A stretch of 64,000 bases of DNA. It comes from an uncultured Bacteroidales bacterium. Lineage in GTDB: Bacteria > Bacteroidota > Bacteroidia > Bacteroidales > Marinilabiliaceae. Shown piece by piece: positions 20,050-29,891 of this stretch. How positions within the stretch are numbered: position 1 is the stretch's first letter; each line of letters opens with the position of its first letter. A model generated the notes under the pieces. That model was not told the origin of the DNA and ran no database searches. It saw only the letters and a program-made list of their open reading frames with translations. Position numbers and translations under genes: made by a program. The stretch covers positions 17,331 through 81,330 of the forward strand of contig CAKUVM010000004.1 of the NCBI GenBank assembly GCA_934699135.1. Reading direction: 5' to 3'.

Positions 20050-20349
20050 TCAGATCTCGTAGTCGGTGCAGGCCCTCACGTCTAGCATCTCGCCCACCTG
20101 CTTGGCCACGGCCACATGGCGCGGGTCCGTGGCGTAGGCCGCGAGGCCGGCGAGGTCGTCAAAAGTGGCCACGAGGGCGAGGTCGAACTTCTCCTTGGGG
20201 TTGACGTTGAGGCCTATCTCAATGCCGCGGAGCGAGGGTATGACGCCCATGAGGGCCAAAAACTGGCTGCGTATGGATGGCAGGCGCGAGGCCTTGACGT
20301 CGGCCCCGACATCATCGCGGAGTTTGAAGAGTACAATGTGCTTGATCAT
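20050..20349 (-). CDS. Dabb (stress-responsive alpha/beta barrel) family protein
   Basis: MIKHIVLFKLRDD... start and ~100-aa length are typical of Dabb proteins. The track start at 20355 is TTG; an ATG is at 20349. Confidence 0.7.
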   Translation of the reverse strand: MIKHIVLFKLRDDVGADVKASRLPSIRSQFLALMGVIPSLRGIEIGLNVNPKEKFDLALVATFDDLAGLAAYATDPRHVAVAKQVGEMLDVRACTDYEI

Positions 20350-20469
20350 GTCCAAAAGGGTTTACGCGCAAAAATAGCTCTTTTAGCCGTACTATGCTGT
20401 TGATGCCTTTCAGTTTTACTTTACGGCCCGCATTTTGTAACTTTACGCATCGTATTAATTTTTACGGAG

Positions 20470-21282
20470 GTGAGATACAATAACGAAGGCAAAAGCCGCG
20501 AGACACGCGGCGGCAGGCCAACCCCATCGTCGCCGCGCGGCACGGCCGCGTTGCATACTGTGTCTGAGAACGACATCGTGTTCGTCAACGTTGAGGGAGT
20601 TCCGGAGCTTTGCTCATTTGACAATCTGTCTGCCGACATGCAGCGGCTTTGGGACTCGGCCTCGGCGGCTTGGCGGCCGGCCGGCGTGACCGCCAGTGAA
20701 GCGTATGCCGAGGCCGGGGCCATGGCCGAGTTTGGGAAAGTGGCTTGCATAACGGCCGGCGTCATCCGCCATAAGGAGGGCGGGGCAGACCCGTTTTTCA
20801 TCACGTCGACCTACTCGGGAGACAGCGAGCGCGACGTCTTGTGCGGCTTTGCCGAGATGGTGGGCAACTTCCTCTCAACGCCCGCGCAAGACCACGTGCT
20901 GTGCGGCCACGCCATCTTGGCCACCGACATTCCCTTCTTTGCCCGGCGACTCATTGTGAACAACATACAGCTGCCCGCCCTCTTCGACCGGCACGGGCGG
21001 CGCAAGGTTGCCGACTCGGTGATTGACACGGCGGACTACTGGGCATTCACCGAGGCGGCCGGCCGACGCGCGCCGGCGGAGCTAATAGGCCGCGTGCTGG
21101 GGCTAGACGTGGAGCAAGACGACTTCGACCCGCGCGTGGCGGCGGAGCTATACAACACATCGGCCGGCATGGAGCCGCTCATCGGCCGCTCAGAGCGCAA
21201 GGCTCTGCTCTACGCGCAGATTTTGAGGCGTTTCAGGGGCGAGAGCGTCATATTGCCGGATCACGTCATACGCAAGCGATAA
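20470..21282 (+). CDS. RNase H-fold 3'-5' exonuclease-like protein (PolB-exonuclease-related family)
   Basis: ENDIVFVNVEGV... and HAILATDIPFFARR resemble the predicted 3'-5' exonuclease family. There is no ATG near the 5' end. The track start is GTG 20470; in-frame TTG 20551 or GTG 20560 are alternative starts. Confidence 0.55.
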   Translation: MRYNNEGKSRETRGGRPTPSSPRGTAALHTVSENDIVFVNVEGVPELCSFDNLSADMQRLWDSASAAWRPAGVTASEAYAEAGAMAEFGKVACITAGVIRHKEGGADPFFITSTYSGDSERDVLCGFAEMVGNFLSTPAQDHVLCGHAILATDIPFFARRLIVNNIQLPALFDRHGRRKVADSVIDTADYWAFTEAAGRRAPAELIGRVLGLDVEQDDFDPRVAAELYNTSAGMEPLIGRSERKALLYAQILRRFRGESVILPDHVIRKR

Positions 21283-21320
21283 GGCAGAAAAAGGACACAT
21301 CTTCACGGAGGCAGACCGAT

Positions 21321-21857
21321 ATGGCGAACATCATCACACTGCGCGGCAAGACGCCGACCGTTGGCAAAGACTGCTACCTGGCCCCCACGGCCACACTGAT
21401 TGGCGACGTGACGCTGGGCGACGGCTGCAGCGTCTGGTTCGGCGCCGTGCTGCGTGGCGACGTGGCCCCCATCAGAGTGGGCGACCGGGTCAACATCCAA
21501 GACAACGCCGTCATCCACGGCACGTTCGAGAAACACGACACGCGGATAGGGTCAGACGTCTCGATAGGCCACGGGGCCATTGTCCACGGAGCCACAATAA
21601 AAGACCGCGTGCTAGTGGGCATGGGTTCCATTGTCTTGGACGGGGCCACGGTGGAGCCAGACACCATAGTGGCGGCGGGGGCCGTGCTAACAGGCGGCAA
21701 GACGGCCGAGAGCCGCGGCATCTACGCCGGCACGCCCGCCAGGCGCATAAAAGAGCTGACAGAGGGGCAAGAGGCCGACACCATAAAGCGCATAGCCTCA
21801 CACTACGCCACCTACGCCCGTTGGTACGAGGAGGAGGACAAAAAAGACAACGAATGA
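21321..21857 (+). CDS. Gamma-carbonic-anhydrase-like hexapeptide-repeat protein (PaaY/YrdA family)
   Basis: Left-handed beta-helix repeats (IGDVTLGDGCSVWFGAVLRGD..., IGSDVSIGHGAIVHGATI...). 178 aa. Confidence 0.8.
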   Translation: MANIITLRGKTPTVGKDCYLAPTATLIGDVTLGDGCSVWFGAVLRGDVAPIRVGDRVNIQDNAVIHGTFEKHDTRIGSDVSIGHGAIVHGATIKDRVLVGMGSIVLDGATVEPDTIVAAGAVLTGGKTAESRGIYAGTPARRIKELTEGQEADTIKRIASHYATYARWYEEEDKKDNE

Positions 21858-22375
21858 GACACTTCAAGGTTCTGGCCGCCCTGGCCGCCTTGGCCGCGTG
21901 CGCGCACGCGGCCGCGCAAGATGAGGAGTACTTCAACAACGCGTGGTGGAGCTGCGAGCTCTCCGGCCGTCAGACGGAGTGGTTCATCAAGAGCTACCGC
22001 ACGGGCATCTCCTTCATCAACGGGACCGACATGGCCTCCGGCACCATAACATTCTCAGACGACTGCATAGAGTTCAACCACCCGGCCATCCAGATGCACT
22101 TCCCCGTGGCGGCGTACAAACGCATATCGGACAACATATTCGCCATCACGCGCAACGGGGAGGACGACTATTTCGACTACATCGAGGTGATCCGCGAGCC
22201 GGGCAAAAAGACCTATCGCCTCCTACTGGCGAAAAAAGACCCCGACGACACCATGCAGAACACCCGAATATTCATCTGCAAGCCCCACGTCTACACCGAG
22301 GGCCGCACGGCGGCCGAGGCCCGAGCGGCCCAGCCCAAGGGCGATGGCATCCCGCCACAAGTGCCAAAGAAATGA
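21854..22375 (+). CDS. Hypothetical secreted protein
   Basis: ATG 21854 overlaps the upstream stop (ATGA). Signal peptide MRHFKVLAALAALAACAHAAAQ. No domain recognised. Confidence 0.55.
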   Translation: MRHFKVLAALAALAACAHAAAQDEEYFNNAWWSCELSGRQTEWFIKSYRTGISFINGTDMASGTITFSDDCIEFNHPAIQMHFPVAAYKRISDNIFAITRNGEDDYFDYIEVIREPGKKTYRLLLAKKDPDDTMQNTRIFICKPHVYTEGRTAAEARAAQPKGDGIPPQVPKK

Positions 22376-23190
22376 TCGCCATCTTCGACTCCGGCTACGG
22401 CGGCCTGACAATATTCAGCGCGGTGCGCAAGGCCTTGCCGGCCTATGACTACATATACCTTGGAGACAACGCCCGCGCGCCCTACGGCTCACGCTCCTTC
22501 GACGTGGTGTATCGCTTCACCCTCCAGGCCGTGACCGAGATGCTGCGCATGGGGGCCGACCTCATCATACTGGCCTGCAACACGGCCTCGGCCAAGGCCC
22601 TGCGCACCATACAGCAGCGAGACCTGCCGCGCCTCGACCCGGAAGGGCGGCGGCGCGTCTTGGGCATCATCCGCCCCTCCGCCGAGGCCCTGGGCTCCTG
22701 CACCGCCACGGGGAAAGTGGGGGTCATGGCCACTCAGGGCACCGTGTCGTCACTCTCCTACACCATCGAGATGAGCCACTTGTGGCCCGGCGTGGAGGTG
22801 TTTCAGCAAGCGTGCCCCATGTGGGTGCCGCTCGTGGAGAACGGAGAATATGACAAGCCCGGGGCGGACTATTTCGTGGAGCAATACACGCGCCGGCTCA
22901 TGACCCAATGCCCCGCCATAGACACCGTCATGCTCGCCTGCACCCACTACCCGCTCCTGGCGCCCAAGATTGCCATCACCCTGCCGCGGGGAGTCAGGCT
23001 GCTGTCTCAGGGCGACATCGTGGCGCGCAGCCTGGCAGACTACCTGTCGCGCCACACAGAGATGGAGGCGCGGCTCAGCCGCGGCGGCACGGCGCGCTTC
23101 TTCACCACAGAGAGCCCTGAGAAATTCGCCGACACGGCCGGCATCTTCTTCAGCGGCCGGCTAGACGTGGCGCACACCGAGATAGGGTGA
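22372..23190 (+). CDS. murI: Glutamate racemase
   Basis: MIAIFDSGYGGLT start, with both catalytic Cys motifs (LACNTAS and LACTHYP). ATG 22372 overlaps the upstream stop (ATGA). The 415-aa track ORF from 21943 is an artefactual 5' extension. Confidence 0.9.
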   Translation: MIAIFDSGYGGLTIFSAVRKALPAYDYIYLGDNARAPYGSRSFDVVYRFTLQAVTEMLRMGADLIILACNTASAKALRTIQQRDLPRLDPEGRRRVLGIIRPSAEALGSCTATGKVGVMATQGTVSSLSYTIEMSHLWPGVEVFQQACPMWVPLVENGEYDKPGADYFVEQYTRRLMTQCPAIDTVMLACTHYPLLAPKIAITLPRGVRLLSQGDIVARSLADYLSRHTEMEARLSRGGTARFFTTESPEKFADTAGIFFSGRLDVAHTEIG

Positions 23191-23238
23191 CGGATTTCAA
23201 TTTTCAATTCTCACGCGAACTGCTTAAATTAGCGGTTT

Positions 23239-23270
23239 GAGGGCGGGCGACTGGCGGGCGTCCCGCCCTC
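23239..23270 (+). terminator. Hairpin after murI (possible terminator)
   Basis: 9-bp stem gagggcggg / cccgccctc with a 14-nt loop. No clear U-tract. Confidence 0.4.
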
Positions 23271-23307
23271 GAACCATAATTGGAAAAACAAGAAGAACAG
23301 ACATATA

Positions 23308-25035
23308 ATGAGCCTACAAGACCTTAGCGAGCAAGAGATTAACAGACGCAACAACCTGCAATCTCTCCGCGACATGGGCATTGACCCCTACCCTGCGGCC
23401 GAATATCCGACCGACGCGTTCTCCTCCGACATCATTGCCGGCTTCACCGACGACGCCCCCCAGCGCGAGGTGTGCATAGCGGGCCGCATGATGAGCCGGC
23501 GCGTCATGGGCAAGGCTTCCTTCATTGAGTTGCAGGACTCTAAGGGCCGAATCCAGGTCTACATAGCCCGCGACGAGATCTGCCCCGCCGACAACGCCGA
23601 CCTCTACAACGTGGTGTTCAAGAAGCTGCTCGACCTGGGCGACTTTGTGGGCGTCAAGGGCTTCGTCTTCCGCACCAAGACGGGCGAGATATCCGTCCAC
23701 GCCAAGAGCCTGACGGTGCTGGCCAAGAGCCTCAAGCCGCTGCCCGTGGTGAAGGAGAAAGACGGGGTGGTCTACGACTCGTTTGACGACCCGGAGCTGC
23801 GCTACCGCCAAAGATATGTCGACCTGGTGGTCAACAAGGGCGTCAAAGACACTTTCCTTCAGCGCGCCACGGTGCTGCGCACCCTGCGCTCCGTGCTAGA
23901 CGGCGCGGGCTACACCGAGGTGGAGACCCCCGTGCTGCAGTCCATAGCCGGCGGGGCCTCGGCCCGCCCCTTCATCACGCACTTCAACGCCCTCAACATC
24001 GACATGTATATGCGCATAGCCACCGAGCTATACCTAAAGAGGCTCATTGTGGGCGGCTTCGAGGGCGTATACGAGATAGGCAAGAACTTCCGCAACGAGG
24101 GCATGGACCGCACCCACAACCCCGAATTCACCTGCATGGAGCTCTACGTCCAGTATAAGGACTACAACTGGATGATGAGCTTCACAGAGAAGCTGCTCGA
24201 AACCATCTGCGTGGCCGTCAACGGCAAGCCAGAGAGCGAGATTGACGGCCACGTCATAAGCTTCCGCGCCCCGTTCCGCCGCCTGCCCATCTTGGAGGCC
24301 ATCAAGGAGAAGACGGGCTACGACCTCGAGGGCAAGAGCGAGGACGAGATCCGCGCCATCTGCCGCGACCTCAAGATGGATATTGACGACACCATGGGCA
24401 AGGGCAAGCTCATCGACGAGATTTTCGGCGAATTCTGCGAAGGCACGTACATCCAGCCCACCTTTATCACAGACTACCCCGTGGAGATGTCTCCACTGAC
24501 CAAGAAGCACCGCAGCAAGCCAGGCCTGACGGAGCGTTTTGAGCTGATGGTCAACGGCAAAGAGCTGGCCAACGCGTATAGCGAGCTTAACGACCCGATA
24601 GATCAGGAGGAGCGTTTCAAGGAGCAGATGCGACTGGCCGACAAGGGCGACGACGAGGCCATGATCATTGACCAAGACTTCCTCCGCGCCCTCCAATACG
24701 GCATGCCGCCCACATCGGGCATAGGCATCGGCATAGACCGCCTGGTGATGCTCATGACGGGCAAAAACGCCATTGGCGAGGTCATGCTCTTCCCGCAAAT
24801 GAAGCCGGAGAAGAAGGCGGCGCGCGACCCTGAGGCCGCATTCACCAAACTGGGCGTGCCCGCGGAGTGGGTGGAGCCGCTCTACGCCGCAGGCGTCAAC
24901 ACCGTGGCCGACATGGCCAAGATGAAACCCGGCAAGGTGCACCAGACGCTCTGTGACATAAACAAGAAGAACAAGCTCGGCCTCACGCCACTCAAACAAG
25001 AGGAGGTCGCCGCGTGGTTCAACGCCCTGCAATGA
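23308..25035 (+). CDS. lysS: Lysine--tRNA ligase (class II) with a C-terminal extension
   Basis: [17 protein letters not shown] and the class II motif 3 region [12 protein letters not shown]. 575 aa. Confidence 0.95.
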   Translation: MSLQDLSEQEINRRNNLQSLRDMGIDPYPAAEYPTDAFSSDIIAGFTDDAPQREVCIAGRMMSRRVMGKASFIELQDSKGRIQVYIARDEICPADNADLYNVVFKKLLDLGDFVGVKGFVFRTKTGEISVHAKSLTVLAKSLKPLPVVKEKDGVVYDSFDDPELRYRQRYVDLVVNKGVKDTFLQRATVLRTLRSVLDGAGYTEVETPVLQSIAGGASARPFITHFNALNIDMYMRIATELYLKRLIVGGFEGVYEIGKNFRNEGMDRTHNPEFTCMELYVQYKDYNWMMSFTEKLLETICVAVNGKPESEIDGHVISFRAPFRRLPILEAIKEKTGYDLEGKSEDEIRAICRDLKMDIDDTMGKGKLIDEIFGEFCEGTYIQPTFITDYPVEMSPLTKKHRSKPGLTERFELMVNGKELANAYSELNDPIDQEERFKEQMRLADKGDDEAMIIDQDFLRALQYGMPPTSGIGIGIDRLVMLMTGKNAIGEVMLFPQMKPEKKAARDPEAAFTKLGVPAEWVEPLYAAGVNTVADMAKMKPGKVHQTLCDINKKNKLGLTPLKQEEVAAWFNALQ

Positions 25036-26057
25036 ATACCGAAGGCAAGCCGGAACTGATTCTTGGAGAGAACCCCAGGGTGGGGCTCGTGGGAAGCGGG
25101 AGCTGGGCCACGGCAATAGCCAAGATGCTCCTGTGCAACACGAGCCACCTCAACTGGCACGTCCGCAACAAGAAGAACATCGACACGTTCCGAATCACGG
25201 GGCACAACCCTTCATACCTCTCCAGCGTCCAGTTCGACACGAGCAAGATAACGTTCTCCAACGACATCAACCAGATTGTCAGCGAGTCAGACGTCATCTT
25301 CCTCGTCGTGCCGTCGGCTTTCGTCCAGTCCGCCATCAAGAACCTGACGGTGCCGCTGGCCGACAAATACGTCATCTCGGCCATCAAGGGCCTGATCCCG
25401 GAGAAGAACATGATCATCGGGACGTGGCTCAACCAGTGCATGGGCGTGCCCATTGACCGCATAGGGGTCATCAGCGGCCCGTGCCACGCCGAGGAAGTGG
25501 CCCTGGAGAGACTGTCATACCTGACCATGGCCTGCCAAAACGTGGACCTGGCCCGCGAGTACGCCCGCCTCATCACGTGCCACTTCATCAAGACATGCGT
25601 CTCTGACGACATATACGGCACCGAGTATGCAGCCGTGCTCAAAAACATCATGGCCATAGCCTCCGGCGTGTTCCACGGCCTGGGCTACGGAGACAACTTC
25701 CAGGCCGTGCTCATATCAAACGCCATACAGGAGATCAAAAGGTTCGTGGACACGGTACACCCCATCCCGCGAGACATCAAGAGCTCCGCCTACCTCGGGG
25801 ACCTGCTCGTGACGTGCTACTCGCAGTTCAGCCGAAACAGGACTTTTGGCACCATGCTCGGCAAGGGCTACTCGGTCAAGTCCGCGCAGATGGAGATGCT
25901 TATGGTGGCCGAGGGCTACTACGCCACCAAGAGCATCAAGGCCATCAACGAGCGGTATCAGGTCTCGATGCCCATAACAGACTGCGTATACAACATAATC
26001 TACGGCAAAGTGTCGCCAGTCATCGAGTGCATGCTCCTGACCGAGCAGCTGCGATAG
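25032..26057 (+). CDS. gpsA: NAD(P)H-dependent glycerol-3-phosphate dehydrogenase
   Basis: ATG 25032 overlaps the lysS stop (ATGA). Rossmann motif [11 protein letters not shown]. The C-terminal half is GpsA-like (EGYYATKS). Confidence 0.85.
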   Translation: MNTEGKPELILGENPRVGLVGSGSWATAIAKMLLCNTSHLNWHVRNKKNIDTFRITGHNPSYLSSVQFDTSKITFSNDINQIVSESDVIFLVVPSAFVQSAIKNLTVPLADKYVISAIKGLIPEKNMIIGTWLNQCMGVPIDRIGVISGPCHAEEVALERLSYLTMACQNVDLAREYARLITCHFIKTCVSDDIYGTEYAAVLKNIMAIASGVFHGLGYGDNFQAVLISNAIQEIKRFVDTVHPIPRDIKSSAYLGDLLVTCYSQFSRNRTFGTMLGKGYSVKSAQMEMLMVAEGYYATKSIKAINERYQVSMPITDCVYNIIYGKVSPVIECMLLTEQLR

Positions 26058-26114
26058 GGGGGCCGGCGGCGCGAGCCACAGAGCAACGACAACAAGACAA
26101 AACATACAAACATC

Positions 26115-27440
26115 ATGAAGATTGACATTTCTAAGGCATCGGTAGACATCAAGCCCCTCCAGGGCGAGGTCGCCAGCGCGCTTGAGAAACTAGACAAGGG
26201 CAATGGCGCGGGCTCAGACTTCATCGGCTGGCACCACCTGCCGTCTGAGACCACCGAGGCTTTCCTCAACGAGATTGAGGAGGCGGCCAAGGTTCTCCGC
26301 GACAACTGCGAGATTGTGGTAGTGGCCGGCATTGGCGGCAGCTACCTCGGCGCGCGCGCCGTCATCGAGGCCCTCTCCAACAGCTTCGACCACCTCCAGA
26401 CCAACCGCAAGGCCCCCGTGATCCTCTACGCGGGCCAGAACCTGGGCGAGGACTACCTGGCCGACCTCATAGCCACCATCAAGAGCAGGAAGTTCGGCAT
26501 CATCAACATATCCAAGAGCGGCACCACAACAGAGACCGCCGTATCGTTCCGCCTCCTGAAGTCCCTGCTTGAGAAGCAGGAGGGCAAAGAGGGCGCGCGC
26601 AAGCGCATCGTGGCCATCACGGACAAGGCCAAGGGCGCGCTCCGCACCCTGGCCACGCAAGAGGGCTACAAGACTTTCGTCATCCCCGACAACGTGGGCG
26701 GCCGGTTCTCCGTCCTCACTCCCGTCGGCCTGCTGCCCATAGCCGTGGCCGGGTTCGACATCAAGAAGCTCGTGGCCGGAGCCGCCGAGATGGAGAAGGC
26801 CACCGCCAGCAGCGTGCCTTTTGAGCAGAACCCCGCGGCTGTCTACGCCGCGGCGCGCAACGTGCTCTACCGCAGCGGCAAGACCACCGAGATTCTCATC
26901 AACTTCTGCCCAAAGCTCCACTACTTCACCGAGTGGTGGAAGCAGCTTTACGGCGAGAGCGAGGGCAAAGACGGCAAGGGCATCTTCCCCGCAGGGTGCG
27001 ACTTCACCACCGACCTCCACTCCATGGGACAGTGGATCCAGGAGGGGCAGCGCATCATCTTCGAGACGGGCGTCACCGTGGCCGAGCCTAACGAGAAAGT
27101 GGTCATTGAGAATGACGCCGACAACCTCGACGGCCTCAACTACCTCGCAGGCAAGCGCGTGGATCAGGTGAACAAAATGGCGGAGCTGGGCACCCTGCTC
27201 GCCCACACCGATGGCGGCGTGCCCAACATCAAGGTAGAGATCCCCACCCTGGACGAGTTCAACCTCGGCCAGCTCATCTATTTCTTCGAGAAGGCCTGCG
27301 GCGTGAGCGGCTACGTGCTCGGCGTCAACCCGTTCAACCAGCCGGGCGTGGAGGCTTATAAGAAGAATATGTTCGCCCTGCTCGAGAAGCCGGGCTACGA
27401 GGAGGCCACCAAAGCCATCAAGGCTCGCCTCGGCAAGTAG
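26115..27440 (+). CDS. pgi: Glucose-6-phosphate isomerase
   Basis: PGI signature [11 protein letters not shown]. 441 aa. Confidence 0.9.
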   Translation: MKIDISKASVDIKPLQGEVASALEKLDKGNGAGSDFIGWHHLPSETTEAFLNEIEEAAKVLRDNCEIVVVAGIGGSYLGARAVIEALSNSFDHLQTNRKAPVILYAGQNLGEDYLADLIATIKSRKFGIINISKSGTTTETAVSFRLLKSLLEKQEGKEGARKRIVAITDKAKGALRTLATQEGYKTFVIPDNVGGRFSVLTPVGLLPIAVAGFDIKKLVAGAAEMEKATASSVPFEQNPAAVYAAARNVLYRSGKTTEILINFCPKLHYFTEWWKQLYGESEGKDGKGIFPAGCDFTTDLHSMGQWIQEGQRIIFETGVTVAEPNEKVVIENDADNLDGLNYLAGKRVDQVNKMAELGTLLAHTDGGVPNIKVEIPTLDEFNLGQLIYFFEKACGVSGYVLGVNPFNQPGVEAYKKNMFALLEKPGYEEATKAIKARLGK

Positions 27441-27475
27441 AGAACCGCAAAACAGGGCGGCGACATCCGCCGACA

Positions 27476-27510
27476 GGGCGCGCCCGTCATGACGGGCGCG
27501 CCCATTTTTT
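27476..27510 (+). terminator. Rho-independent terminator of lysS-gpsA-pgi
   Basis: Perfect 13-bp inverted repeat gggcgcgcccgtc/gacgggcgcgccc (27476-27503) immediately followed by ATTTTTT. Confidence 0.8.
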
Positions 27511-27547
27511 CATCCCCCCCAAAAAAAAGCAATCATATAAGCAAGAC

Positions 27548-27919
27548 ATGGGAACATATGTAGACAACAACCTCTCCCGCGGAGAGAAAGTGATATACGA
27601 GGCTCACTATCATTGGATCATATGGCTGGAGGTGAAGAGCATACTCTCGCTCTTCCTGCGCCCTCTCATTATGAACAAGACAGACGAGTTCGCCATCACC
27701 AACAAACGCATAATCATGAAGACGGGGCTCATCTCGCGCAACGTGTTCGAGATGACGGTGGCGCACATCGAGTCCATCAACGTAGACCAGTCCATCATGG
27801 GCCGCATCCTGGGCTACGGCACCATCATCATTGTCGGCTCTGGCGGCACTAAAGAGAGTTTTGAGGACATTGCCGACCCCATCAAGTTCCGCCGCGCGTT
27901 CATGGACACCGTAGAATAG
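27548..27919 (+). CDS. Bacterial PH-domain (bPH_2/DUF304-like) protein
   Basis: 123 aa. The pattern GEKVIYEAHYHW..., ITNKRIIMKTG... and IESINVDQSIMGRILGYGTIII is typical of bPH_2. Confidence 0.65.
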   Translation: MGTYVDNNLSRGEKVIYEAHYHWIIWLEVKSILSLFLRPLIMNKTDEFAITNKRIIMKTGLISRNVFEMTVAHIESINVDQSIMGRILGYGTIIIVGSGGTKESFEDIADPIKFRRAFMDTVE

Positions 27920-27950
27920 CCGCCGGAGGTGACGCTCTGATATTATTTGT

Positions 27951-27958
27951 TACCTTTG
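27951..27958 (+). promoter_or_regulatory. Candidate -7 promoter box upstream of proC
   Basis: TACCTTTG matches TAnnTTTG, 27 nt before ATG 27985. There is no TTTG at the -33 position. Confidence 0.3.
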
Positions 27959-27984
27959 CCCTGTGAACAAGAGGAAAAATAACA

Positions 27985-28785
27985 ATGAGTGAACTGAAAA
28001 AGATAGCCGTCATCGGTGGCGGCAATATGGGCGGCGCCATAGCGCGCGGCATAGTCAAGGCCGGGCTGGCCGGCGCGGGTCAGATTGTCGTCACGCGGCG
28101 CAACGCGGAGGCCCTGAAGGCTTGGGCCGCCGAGGGCTATGCCGTCACGACGGACAACTGCGAGGCCGTGCGCGGGGCAGACGTCGTCATATTTGCCGTG
28201 AAACCCTACCAGATAGCCGACGTCATAGCCGGCACGCGCCCATCAATATCCGCCGGGGCCGTGGCGGTGTCAATAGCCACGGGAGTCGGCGTGGCGCAGC
28301 TCACCGAGATGCTGGGCCACGGCGTGGCGGCCGTGCGCGTCATGCCAAACACGGCCGCCGAGGTGGGCGAGAGCTTGACGGCCATTGTGCCGAGCGCCTC
28401 GGCCAGCGAGGAGCAGACGCGGCTGGTGGAGAGGATTTTCTCGGCCCTTGGCCTCGCGCTCATTGTGACGGAAGAGCAGATGCCCGCCCTGACGGCGCTG
28501 GCCTCATGCGGCATAGCCCACGCCCTGCGCTACATCCGCGCGGCCCAAGAGAGCGCCATTGAGATGGGTCTCAACTCGCGCCTGGCGGCAGACGTGGTGG
28601 CGCAGACTGTCAAAGGAGCCGCGCAGCTCATCTTGACAAACCACTCGCACCCCGAAGCGGAGATTGACAAAGTGTGCACACCAAAGGGAGTCACCATTGC
28701 CGGCATCAACGCCATGGAACACGCTGGTTTCACATCCGCCGTGATGAAGGGTATGATGGGCTCGTATAACAAGATCGTAAAATAG
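27985..28785 (+). CDS. proC: Pyrroline-5-carboxylate reductase
   Basis: N-terminal IAVIGGGNMGGAI Rossmann motif, a P5CR-like C-terminal domain (TPKGVTIAG), and the proCBA context. Confidence 0.9.
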   Translation: MSELKKIAVIGGGNMGGAIARGIVKAGLAGAGQIVVTRRNAEALKAWAAEGYAVTTDNCEAVRGADVVIFAVKPYQIADVIAGTRPSISAGAVAVSIATGVGVAQLTEMLGHGVAAVRVMPNTAAEVGESLTAIVPSASASEEQTRLVERIFSALGLALIVTEEQMPALTALASCGIAHALRYIRAAQESAIEMGLNSRLAADVVAQTVKGAAQLILTNHSHPEAEIDKVCTPKGVTIAGINAMEHAGFTSAVMKGMMGSYNKIVK

Positions 28786-28796
28786 CCAGCGACCTA

Positions 28797-29876
28797 ATGA
28801 GACTGACAATAAAAGTGGGCTCTAACGTCCTGACGGGGCTCGACGGCATGCTCAACGTGAGCCGCATGGAGAGCCTCGCGGGCCAAATCGCGGACCTGCG
28901 CGGCCAAGGGCACGAGGTGGTCCTGGTGTCATCGGGAGCCGTCGCCGCCGGCCGCGGGATGATAGAGGGATATAAAAGCCTCAACCCGGTGGCGCAGAGG
29001 CAGCTGCTGTCCTCCGTGGGGCAGGTGAAGCTCATTGACCAATATAAGCAGCTATTTGACAGCCGCGGAATCAAGATAGGCCAACTTCTGCTCACCAAAC
29101 AGGACCTTGGCAGCCGCCTGCACTACCTGAATATGAAAAACTGCGTCGAGGTGCTATGGCAAAACGGCGTGGTGCCGGTGGTCAATGAGAACGACGCCGT
29201 GTCGCTCACTGGCCTCATGTTCACCGACAATGACGAACTCTCCGGCCTTATCGCCTCAATGATGGACTGCCAGAGGCTCATAATATTGAGCAACATCGAC
29301 GGCATCTTCGACGGCGACCCGTCAGACCCCTCCGCCAAAGTGATTCGCGAGGTCGCGCGGGGCTCCAGCGTGTCACAATACGTCCGGGCCTCGAAATCCG
29401 ACTTCGGGCGCGGGGGCATGGTCACCAAATGCCGCATCGCGCAAAAGACGGCGCAGGCCGGCATAGACGTGTTCATTGCCAACGGTGGCACCGAGGGAGT
29501 GATTGCCAAACTGATGGCCGACGACCCCGAGCTGCCCCGCACCCACTTCGAGGCCGGCGGGCACAGCCCGGCCATAAAGAAATGGATTGCCTACTCTGAC
29601 GGCTTCGCCACGGCCAAAGTGGTGGTCAACAGCGGGGCCGTGGACGCTCTCGTTAACGCGGACCACGTCTCGAGCCTCTTGCCCGTGGGCGTGAGAGAAT
29701 TCGAGGGGGACTTCCGCAAAGACGACATAATCCTCATCTGCGGGCCGGACGGCAAGACTGTGGGCGTGGGCCGCGCGGCCATGGACAAGGAGACGGCCCA
29801 GCGGCAGGCCTTCGCCGCAAAGCAAAAGCCGCTTGTCCACTATGACTACCTCTACGTCTACCCCGCCGACAAATAA
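28797..29876 (+). CDS. proB: Glutamate 5-kinase (with a PUA-like C-terminal domain)
   Basis: The amino-acid-kinase N-terminus (IKVGSNVLT...VLVSSGAVAAG) is followed by a C-terminal PUA-like segment. 359 aa. Confidence 0.9.
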   Translation: MRLTIKVGSNVLTGLDGMLNVSRMESLAGQIADLRGQGHEVVLVSSGAVAAGRGMIEGYKSLNPVAQRQLLSSVGQVKLIDQYKQLFDSRGIKIGQLLLTKQDLGSRLHYLNMKNCVEVLWQNGVVPVVNENDAVSLTGLMFTDNDELSGLIASMMDCQRLIILSNIDGIFDGDPSDPSAKVIREVARGSSVSQYVRASKSDFGRGGMVTKCRIAQKTAQAGIDVFIANGGTEGVIAKLMADDPELPRTHFEAGGHSPAIKKWIAYSDGFATAKVVVNSGAVDALVNADHVSSLLPVGVREFEGDFRKDDIILICGPDGKTVGVGRAAMDKETAQRQAFAAKQKPLVHYDYLYVYPADK

Positions 29877-29891
29877 AAAGACAAAAAAGAC

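Noticed and set aside
21943-22371. 5' extension of the murI ORF, making a 415-aa protein in the track
   Set aside because: The extension overlaps the better-supported secreted-protein gene in another frame and is Arg/His/Pro-rich. The canonical MurI N-terminus MIAIFDSGYGG begins at ATG 22372 with an ATGA overlap.
24034-25116. 360-aa minus-strand ORF opposite lysS (with similar cases at 26214..27206 opposite pgi, 30399..31223 opposite proA, 34865..35578 opposite atpA and 38844..39827 opposite argF')
   Set aside because: All are antisense to genes with strong family motifs. Their translations are His/Leu/Val/Gly/Ala-rich with no recognisable features. Long antisense open frames are expected at this GC content and codon bias.
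27476-27503. Perfect 28-nt palindrome gggcgcgcccgtcatgacgggcgcgccc, considered as an operator or protein-binding site
   Set aside because: It sits 36 nt after the pgi stop and is followed directly by a T-run. The simplest reading is an intrinsic terminator.
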